This document shows positions 57,429-64,000 of a DNA stretch of 64,000 bases, in pieces. The notes under the pieces are model-generated. The model made no database searches and was not told the origin of the DNA. It was given only the letters and a program-made list of their open reading frames with translations. This stretch comes from Hyalangium minutum (GTDB lineage Bacteria; Myxococcota; Myxococcia; Myxococcales; Myxococcaceae), in assembly GCF_000737315.1 (NCBI RefSeq), contig NZ_JMCB01000008.1:1-64000 (forward strand). The letters run 5' to 3'. The number at the start of each line of letters is the position of its first letter. Position 1 is the stretch's first letter. A program made the translations under genes and the position numbers.

Positions 57429-57578
57429 GGGGGCATGCTGCCCCACCCCCTCACAAGGGTCGAGGAAGGTGCGGGCGGCGGCGCAGCCCCCTCAACGTCC
57501 GCAGGAGCACCCCAGCCCACAGCCCCGTGACGGCGACCACCTCGAACGACGTGCGCGGCAAGCGCGCCACCGTGTGGC

Positions 57579-58697
57579 TCAGGCCGCGCGGACCAGCTCG
57601 GCGACGGTCGCCTTGGGCGCAACCACGGCCTTCGGGCGGTTCTTGCGGATCTGCCGCGCGAGGATGAAGGTGTAGATGACGATTGGCAGGAGGAACAGGT
57701 CCGCCACGCCGCCCAGCTGGGCGAAGCGCCCCTGCACGTAGCCGTCGATCAGCAGGCCCACGTAGACGCCCACCACCACGAGCGAGCAGTGCGTGGAGGC
57801 CCAGAACACCACGTTGTTGGCCGTGCGCGGATCCTTGTGGGCACCGCGATAGAGCCGGGCCACGTGCCACACGGCCACCGGCGAGCTGGCCATCACGCCC
57901 AGCCCCACCCAGATGGGGACGCCCATCCAGAGCACGCCGGGGATGACCATCAGATACGCCACCGCCTGCACCACCGCGTGCATGTGGACGATCGTGCGGG
58001 GGCCCAGGCGCACCGGCAGCGTGCGCTTGCCCACGAGGATGTCACCCTCGTAGTCCTGCAGGTTCATGATCGTCATGCGCACGAACTGGATCAGAAAGGC
58101 CGGCAGCAGCAGCAGGAAGGGGAAGAAGCTGAACTCGCCCGAGGCCAGCGTGTAGCCGATCACCGGCACGCACCCGTTGAGCCCCGTCGTCACTGTCAGC
58201 TCACCCAGGCCCCGATAATTGAACTGGAACGGAGGCGCCGTGTAGAACCACCCCAGCGGCACCGCGATCAGCGCCGCGTACTGCGCCTCCGCCGGCATCG
58301 CCAGGATCAGCAGCAGCGCGGTACACAACAGGACACAGCTCGCCGTGAGGCTCACCCACGGCTTGAGCAGGCCCTCCACCAGCACCCGGCTGCCCCCCGT
58401 CCACGCGGTGGGCGCGGGGTTGGCCAGGTCCGCCTGCAGATCAAAGTACTCGTTGCAGTAGTGCGTCATCAGGTGGACGCACCAGACGAACAGCTGCCCG
58501 TGCACGTACGAAGCCAGAGAGGGCGTGTGCCCCAGGTAGACCGCCGCAGCCACACCCAGCGTGTAAAGAACCCAGCTGTACAGGAGGTATTTCGGCCGCC
58601 CCAGGCGAACCAGCAGCATGAAGCTGCGCTTGAGTGAAGCCGCGGGTGGAACAGCCACCACCTCGCCACCATGGATGGGCATCGGGAGATGATTCAC
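57579..58697 (-). CDS. UbiA-superfamily prenyltransferase, MenA-like
   Basis: NEYFDLQAD, GGSRVL, WFYTAPP, NLQDYEGD, KRTLPVRLG, ~9 TM; GTG start with GGAGG upstream. Confidence 0.88.
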   Translation of the reverse strand: MNHLPMPIHGGEVVAVPPAASLKRSFMLLVRLGRPKYLLYSWVLYTLGVAAAVYLGHTPSLASYVHGQLFVWCVHLMTHYCNEYFDLQADLANPAPTAWTGGSRVLVEGLLKPWVSLTASCVLLCTALLLILAMPAEAQYAALIAVPLGWFYTAPPFQFNYRGLGELTVTTGLNGCVPVIGYTLASGEFSFFPFLLLLPAFLIQFVRMTIMNLQDYEGDILVGKRTLPVRLGPRTIVHMHAVVQAVAYLMVIPGVLWMGVPIWVGLGVMASSPVAVWHVARLYRGAHKDPRTANNVVFWASTHCSLVVVGVYVGLLIDGYVQGRFAQLGGVADLFLLPIVIYTFILARQIRKNRPKAVVAPKATVAELVRAA

Positions 58698-58720
58698 TGT
58701 GAGGGCCTCCTGACGACGGC

Positions 58721-58810
58721 AATTCTCTGAATCAGAGAATTAGCGATTAAAATGGTGAAATAGAATTCTTCTATTGTCAAAGAACTCCTGAAATACCGGT
58801 TCAGAATTCT
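58721..58810 (-). promoter_or_regulatory. AT-rich promoter/operator region of the prenyltransferase gene
   Basis: TTGACA(58780-75)-N17-CACCAT(58757-52); inverted repeats at 58721-58741 and 58759-58775; AGAATTCT at 58762 and 58803; 34 G+C per 100 nt in 58721-58820. Confidence 0.7.
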
Positions 58811-58889
58811 TTTCCGAAGGTGAACAGATCACCGCCCTCTTCGCGCGGAGGTGAGTCCGCAACGGAGCGCTACCCACCTGTGCTTTTGT

Positions 58890-60614
58890 TTACGGTGCGC
58901 CCACGCCTTCGCTCGACACGTCCATCCGATCGAACGCGCGGCCGAGGGCCATGACACCCAGGCCTACTTCGAGCGACACCCCCGCCGCAGCGACGAGCCC
59001 CGCGCACGGCAGCGCCCAAACACCCAGCACGCCATAGAGCGCGAAGCCCACCAGCGCGGCGACGATGGCTGCAGGCAACAGCCCGCCCATCACCACCACG
59101 AGGGCACCTGCGAGCGTCAACAGCCGCTGGCCCAGTGCCTCGATGCCGCGGGCCCGCTCGCCATCAGCGGGGAGCCACGCGGGGAAGAGCACCACGGCGG
59201 CGTTCTGGACGAACACACCGCCAATGGCGAGCGCGGGCAGCAACGGCGCCAACCCCAGTGCCCCGGCCACCCACAGCTCGGCCCCCCACGGGCCGGGAGC
59301 CCCCACGGCCATGGCCACGGCCAGCAGGAGCAGCACGAGCTGCATGATGGCCAGCAGCACCCCCGGGGCCAGCATCTCGGCGGCGACCACCTGCCTTCCC
59401 GTCAACGGGAGCGCCCGGAGCAGATCCAGCTTGGGCAGATCCAGGCGGAGATCCGAGCGCATGGAGACGGGGCCGAACACGGTGAGCATGCCCGCGAACG
59501 TCAGGTAGACGCCCGCCATCACCTGCCGCGTCTGGGAGAGCGCGGCGGGAGCGAACACGGCGACGCCCAGGGGCACGGCGAGCCCCAGCAGCGCCAGCAC
59601 GAGCAGCACCTCGGGCCCGGCGATGCGACGCGCGGCGATGAGGTTCTTCCACAGCAGCGCCACCTCGGGCCGTCCGGAGGCGCTCAGGCGGAAGAAGGGC
59701 TTGCGCAGGACGATGTGCCCCACCCGGGCCACCCGCTGGCTGCGCCGCCGCGCCGTCTCCTCGGCCCGCACCACCACCGCCTCCTCGAAGGGGACGATGA
59801 GCACGGTGATCCAGAGGTAGTGGACCGCGAGCAGCCCCAGCACGATCGGCATCGAGCGGAGGAAGGCCCCCACCCCCTCCGCCAGAGCGGGCGCCACCAG
59901 GACGCGCCCCGGCCACAGGGCCACCTGGAGCGCCGGGTGCGAGACGAGCGCGAAGAGCCACTCCCGGGAAGGCGCCTGGCCCTCGGGGCCCACCGGGAAG
60001 GGGTTCTCCTGGAACGCCGAGTACCCGGCCCACCCCAGGGCCGCGAACAGCACGAGGAGCACGGCCCACCGCAGCACCGTGCCCCACCCTCCGAGCCGGG
60101 CCAGCCGCGTGCGAACGAACGAGGCCGCGGTGACGTGCAGGTTCACGGTGACGAACGCGAGCACGGAGCCCAGGAAGAACAGCACCAGGTGCGGGGTGAC
60201 GGCCCGCCCGATGAAGATCGTGGTGAAGACAGAGCTGACCCCGGCGCCCATCACCCCGCGGGCCAGCTTGTAGTGCAGCAGCCCGCGCCGGCTGATGGGT
60301 GCGGCGAACAGCTGCTGCACCTCCGTCTCCGTGAACGCGAGCGACGGCCGGTCCTGCCCGAGGATCCAAGCGGCGGCCAGCGACACCATCACCATGGTGC
60401 CCAGCGACAGCTCGGCCAGGGCGCGCGCGCTGGGGGGCAGCGACTCCACGGAGCGCGAGTAGCTCAGCCGCCGGACCACCATCATATAAAGGTAGGCACC
60501 GCCGACGATGAGCCCCGCCAGGTACTTCGGCTGGCGCATGCGCTCCAGCTGCTTGCGCACGCGGTTGCGCAGCGAGGCCCACCACAGGAACGCCACCGCG
60601 CGCGGGAAGCTCAT
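58890..60614 (-). CDS. Putative ABC exporter permease (ABC_export-type, ~12 TM)
   Basis: WWASLRNRVRKQLERMRQPKY, FTETEVQQLFAAPISRRGLLHYKL, DLRLDLPKLDLLRALPL; ATGA overlap with its ATPase gene. Confidence 0.75.
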   Translation of the reverse strand: MSFPRAVAFLWWASLRNRVRKQLERMRQPKYLAGLIVGGAYLYMMVVRRLSYSRSVESLPPSARALAELSLGTMVMVSLAAAWILGQDRPSLAFTETEVQQLFAAPISRRGLLHYKLARGVMGAGVSSVFTTIFIGRAVTPHLVLFFLGSVLAFVTVNLHVTAASFVRTRLARLGGWGTVLRWAVLLVLFAALGWAGYSAFQENPFPVGPEGQAPSREWLFALVSHPALQVALWPGRVLVAPALAEGVGAFLRSMPIVLGLLAVHYLWITVLIVPFEEAVVVRAEETARRRSQRVARVGHIVLRKPFFRLSASGRPEVALLWKNLIAARRIAGPEVLLVLALLGLAVPLGVAVFAPAALSQTRQVMAGVYLTFAGMLTVFGPVSMRSDLRLDLPKLDLLRALPLTGRQVVAAEMLAPGVLLAIMQLVLLLLAVAMAVGAPGPWGAELWVAGALGLAPLLPALAIGGVFVQNAAVVLFPAWLPADGERARGIEALGQRLLTLAGALVVVMGGLLPAAIVAALVGFALYGVLGVWALPCAGLVAAAGVSLEVGLGVMALGRAFDRMDVSSEGVGAP

Positions 60615-61414
60615 GAGGCGGGAGGCTCCGGCCTCTCCTCGCTCCCGGCGCTGGTGATGCGCACGAAGATCTCCTCCAGCGAGGCGTTGCCGCCCTCCAG
60701 CCCGCTCAGCTGCGCGCGGATCTCCGCCAGGGTGCCGAGCGCCACCGCGCGGCCTCCGGAGATGACGAGGATGCGGTGGCACAGCTCCTCCACCAACGGC
60801 AGCAGGTGCGAGGAGAGCACCAGCGCCGCCCCCTGCTCCGCCCGCTTCCGCAGCGAGGCCTTCATCCTCCGGATGCCGATGGGGTCCAAGCCCGTGAGGG
60901 GCTCGTCCAGGAGAATGAGCCGCGGGTCATGCAGGAAGCCGCAGGCGATGGAGAGCTTCTGCTTCATGCCGCGCGACAGCTCTCCCGGCAGCGCCTTCTC
61001 CTTGTTCCCCAGCTCCATCTCCGCGAGCAGCGCGCGCGCCTTGTCCTCCCACTGCTCCACGCCATAGAGGCGGGCCACGAAGTTCAGGTGCTCCCAGACG
61101 GTGAGGTACTCGAAGAGGCGCGGCTCGTCCGGCAGGAACGCCAGCGCTTGCTTCGCCTTCACGGGCTCGTGCGCCACGTCATGGCCCACCACGGCGACCT
61201 TCCCCGAGGACACGGGGAGGATGCCCGCGAGGCACCTCAGGGTGGACGTCTTTCCCGCACCGTTGGGGCCCACCAGCCCCAGCACCTCGCCGGGCGCCAC
61301 CTGGAAGGTCAGCCCCTGCACGGCCTTCACCGCGCCGTAGGTCTTCTCCAGGGACACCACCTCCAGCACGGGCGTCCCGGTTCCAGGTTCCACTGTCGTC
61401 TCGGGAGGAAGCAC
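60611..61414 (-). CDS. ABC transporter ATP-binding protein
   Basis: [31 protein letters not shown]. Confidence 0.92.
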   Translation of the reverse strand: MLPPETTVEPGTGTPVLEVVSLEKTYGAVKAVQGLTFQVAPGEVLGLVGPNGAGKTSTLRCLAGILPVSSGKVAVVGHDVAHEPVKAKQALAFLPDEPRLFEYLTVWEHLNFVARLYGVEQWEDKARALLAEMELGNKEKALPGELSRGMKQKLSIACGFLHDPRLILLDEPLTGLDPIGIRRMKASLRKRAEQGAALVLSSHLLPLVEELCHRILVISGGRAVALGTLAEIRAQLSGLEGGNASLEEIFVRITSAGSEERPEPPAS

Positions 61415-61426
61415 CTCGGCTCCGGC

Positions 61427-61804
61427 TCAGTGCAGGTTCAGCAGCCCCTTCACCGTATCGAGCACGACCTTGGCTTGCACGGGTTTGACGAGGTAGGCGC
61501 TTGCCCCGAGCGCCAGGGCCCGGTCGCGGTCCGCCGTGGCCCCCTCGGTGGTGATGACCACGATGGGGACGTCCTTGTGGATCGGATCCTGCCGGATGTG
61601 GCTGATCAGCTTGAGCCCATCCATCAGCGGCATGTTGATGTCGGTGAGGACCAGGTCGAACTGGCCCTGGGTGAACTTCTTCAGGCCGTCGGCACCGTCC
61701 GCGGCCTCGACGCAGACGACTCCGCCCAGCCGCTGCAGGGCATACATGATGCTGCGCCGCATGGCCTGGGAGTCGTCTACCACCAGCGCCCGGATCTGCG
61801 TCAT
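61427..61804 (-). CDS. cheY: CheY-like single-domain response regulator
   Basis: LVVDDS, LVLTDINMPLMDG, VITTEG, YLVKP; follows cheB. Confidence 0.85.
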   Translation of the reverse strand: MTQIRALVVDDSQAMRRSIMYALQRLGGVVCVEAADGADGLKKFTQGQFDLVLTDINMPLMDGLKLISHIRQDPIHKDVPIVVITTEGATADRDRALALGASAYLVKPVQAKVVLDTVKGLLNLH

Positions 61805-61854
61805 GGCTGGGAAGATACCACCGCCGTCCAGAAAACGGCCGGATTCGCCGCCGC

Positions 61855-62901
61855 CTACCGCCGGCGCCGGGCCAGCGTCAGCAGCGCGGGGCCGATCTCC
61901 CCCAGCGGCAGCACCCGCTTCACCACTCCGGTGGAGATGGCCTCCTGGGGCATGCCGAAGACGACGGCCGTCTCCTCGGACTCGGCCCAGACCTCGCCGC
62001 CCACGTGGTGCACGTCCTTTGCCCCCGCCGCCCCGTCCGAGCCCATGCCCGTGAGCACCACCGCCAGGGACTTGTGCCCCAGCGCCTTGGACACGCTGGT
62101 GAAGAGCCGGTCCACCGACGGCACGTACCGGTCCTTCGCGGCGACCTCGGGCGTCTTCAGCACCAGGTGACCGGCCTGCTCCACCAGCAGCATGTGGCGC
62201 CCGCCCGGAGCGATGAAGACGTGGCCAGGGGCCAGACGGTCTCCCTCCTTCGCCTCCGAGACGTGGAACGGGCCAATGCTGTCCAGCCGGTCCGCGAACG
62301 CCTTGGTGAACTGGGAGGGCATGTGCTGGCAGACCAGCACGCAGAAGGTGGGCTCGGCCGCGAGCGCCTCCAGGAGCCGCTGCACCGCCGGAGGCCCACC
62401 CGTGGACGCGCCCACGGCCACGATGAAGGGGGGCGCCTCGATGGGCTCGCGCTCCCGAGGCAGCCGCGTGGGAAGCCGCCTCGCCCCACCCCCCCGGCGC
62501 ACCAGCCGCGCCGCGCGGACCTTCTCCAGCAGCTCCGTGCGCAGTTCCTCGAGCGCCTGCGGCGTCGGCTTGGCCGGCCGGGCGATGAAGTCGAAGGCCC
62601 CCAGTTCCAGCGCCTTGAAGACGTCCGCCTTGTGGGTATGGCTGGAGATGACGATGGCCGGCGTGGGAGCGGCGCTCCGCAGCAGCCGCAGGAAGGTGTA
62701 CCCGCCCATGCGGGGCATCTCCAGGTCCACCGTCACCACGTCGGGGCGCAGGTCCACCACCTTGCGCAGCCCCTCCTCACCGTCCAGCGCCCAGTCCAGC
62801 ACCTGGACATCCGGCTCGGACTCCAGCAGCTGCTTGATGGTCCTCCGGTTGTGCGCCGAATCGTCGATGACGAGCACCGTGGTGGGAGGGCGCGTCGTCA
62901 T
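61855..62901 (-). CDS. cheB: Chemotaxis methylesterase CheB
   Basis: Receiver (VIDDS, VDLEMP); catalytic GASTGG, QHMP, LTGMGSDG; PSVD. Confidence 0.95.
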   Translation of the reverse strand: MTTRPPTTVLVIDDSAHNRRTIKQLLESEPDVQVLDWALDGEEGLRKVVDLRPDVVTVDLEMPRMGGYTFLRLLRSAAPTPAIVISSHTHKADVFKALELGAFDFIARPAKPTPQALEELRTELLEKVRAARLVRRGGGARRLPTRLPREREPIEAPPFIVAVGASTGGPPAVQRLLEALAAEPTFCVLVCQHMPSQFTKAFADRLDSIGPFHVSEAKEGDRLAPGHVFIAPGGRHMLLVEQAGHLVLKTPEVAAKDRYVPSVDRLFTSVSKALGHKSLAVVLTGMGSDGAAGAKDVHHVGGEVWAESEETAVVFGMPQEAISTGVVKRVLPLGEIGPALLTLARRRR

Positions 62902-63788
62902 AGCGTGCCCCTCGGGAGCAGCGGGGGCTTGCGGTACGCCAGGTCGCCTTGCAGGTGCACCAGCTCGAAGTCCGCGCCCAGGTTGAGCAGGTTCTCCGAG
63001 TGGCCCAGCAGCAGATAGCCCCCAGGCACGAGCCGGTCATGGAAGACCTGAAGCACGCGGCGCCGTGCCGGAAGATCGAAGTAGATCATCACGTTGCGGC
63101 AGAACACGGCGTCCACCTTCGGCATCTGGCGGCAGGCCTCCTCGTCCAGCAAGTTGAGCTGCTCGAAGGTCACCCAGGAGCGCACGTCGTCCTTCACCCG
63201 GACCTTGTTGGCCCCGAGCGGGAGGAAGAAGCGCGCCACGTGCTCGGGCGAGGTGGCTCGCAGCGAGGACGGGCCGTACTCGCCCCGGCGGGCCGTGGTC
63301 AGCACCCGGCGGGAGATGTCCGTGCCGTAGACGAGGACATCCCAGCCCTCGAAGCGGCGGCTCTGCTGCAGGAGCATCGCGATGGTGAAGGCCTCCTCTC
63401 CCGTGGAGCAGCCGGCGGACCAGATGCGCAGCCGCTTGAGGGCGCCGTTGCGCTGCTGGAGCGCGGGCAGCAGCTCATCGGTGAAGGCCTGGAGCTGGCC
63501 GGGCTCGCGGAAGAAGTAGGTCTCATGGGTCGTCAGCGCCTCGACGGCGGCCTCCAGCTCCACGCGGCGCTGGGCGTCATAGCGCAGGTAGCGGTGGTAG
63601 CCGGCGAAGTCCCGCAAGCCCAGCGCCTCCAGCCGGGGCCACAGGCGCCGCTCCATGACGAACTTCATGTCCTCGCGCACGAGGATGCCGCAATGGGAGT
63701 AGACATGGTCGCGGAGGAGTCTGAACTCCTCTGCGCTCATCTCCGGCCGGCCTTCTTCGTCGAAGCGTGACCCCACCTGAGCCCCCAT
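62898..63788 (-). CDS. cheR: Chemotaxis methyltransferase CheR
   Basis: TTHETYFFRE, IWSAGCSTGEE, GTDIS, FCRNVMIYFD, GGYLLLGHSE. Confidence 0.95.
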   Translation of the reverse strand: MGAQVGSRFDEEGRPEMSAEEFRLLRDHVYSHCGILVREDMKFVMERRLWPRLEALGLRDFAGYHRYLRYDAQRRVELEAAVEALTTHETYFFREPGQLQAFTDELLPALQQRNGALKRLRIWSAGCSTGEEAFTIAMLLQQSRRFEGWDVLVYGTDISRRVLTTARRGEYGPSSLRATSPEHVARFFLPLGANKVRVKDDVRSWVTFEQLNLLDEEACRQMPKVDAVFCRNVMIYFDLPARRRVLQVFHDRLVPGGYLLLGHSENLLNLGADFELVHLQGDLAYRKPPLLPRGTL

Positions 63789-63791
63789 CTC

Positions 63792-64000
63792 TCATCGCCT
63801 CGAGAGGCGCTCCACCGCATCCGTGAGCGCCCGCCGTGCCAGCGCGTCCTGCTCCACCGCCAACGCCGATCGCACAGCCTCTAGACTGTCGCGTCCTCCC
63901 GAATCTCCCAGCACCCGAGCCGCCGTGGCGCGCACGTCCCAGCCGGGGTGCTGCAACAGCTCCACCGCCAGCGCCACACCCTCGGCCGACACCGCTCCGG
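63792..64000 (-). CDS. HEAT-repeat protein, 3' end only (truncated by the window edge)
   Basis: LLQHPGWDVRATAARVLG..ALAVEQDALARRA HEAT-like repeat; frame runs off the edge; immediately precedes cheR. Confidence 0.7.
   Translation of the reverse strand, partial: GAVSAEGVALAVELLQHPGWDVRATAARVLGDSGGRDSLEAVRSALAVEQDALARRALTDAVERLSRR

Noticed and set aside
57557-57572. GG-N8-TTGC sigma54-like box upstream of the AgmC-family gene
   Set aside because: Poor -24 match (CGGTGGC), abuts the upstream stop, no activator repeats seen; plausible by chance in GC-rich DNA
57579-58697. Aurachin biosynthetic cluster (auaA)
   Set aside because: No adjacent ACP, KS or anthranilate-CoA ligase genes (auaB-E), so only the family resemblance is kept
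58752-58800. CarH/CarA-type operator
   Set aside because: These need tandem 11-bp repeats with TnnACA; only the single -35 TTGACA fits

Overview
64-kb GC-rich window from a myxobacterium. Order Myxococcales is inferred from the MYXO-CTERM, DUF4388, AgmC-family and Cys-rich-repeat proteins; the genus cannot be determined. Most of the window is a conserved cell-envelope and translation backbone: gmk-yicC; an LPS core/lipid A cluster (GT9, Trm112-like, split hldA/hldC, lpxK, two GT4, waaA, msbA, lpxB, lpxI-lpxA-fabZ-lpxD-skp-bamA, lolD-lolC/E); lysS; prfB with a programmed +1 frameshift; ybeY-7TM-HD-phoH; mazG; rpsT; lptE; leuS; and the 3' part of a chemosensory cluster. Tandem stable-RNA-type promoters at the left edge probably drive an rRNA operon outside the window. 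Accessory genes are interspersed: a stand-alone PilY1-type vWA protein with a sigma54-like promoter and upstream direct repeats; an ECF sigma/ZAS anti-sigma pair inside the prfB-lysS junction, whose putative promoter motif recurs upstream of an ABC transporter; a 1347-aa lipoprotein adhesin; an AgmC-family MYXO-CTERM protein; and an orphan MenA-like prenyltransferase behind an AT-rich, palindrome-dense control region. Unusual domain architectures include cupin-YbeY, MazG-VOC, LolC/E with a ~290-aa membrane extension, a DUF4388 protein with a tandem MshEN-like motif, and an Lnb-like DUF4105 protein. I saw no tRNA, rRNA, CRISPR array, IS or prophage. I did not find one unambiguous complete new system; several candidate modules are listed. 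Family assignments come from motif recognition by eye, not database searches.
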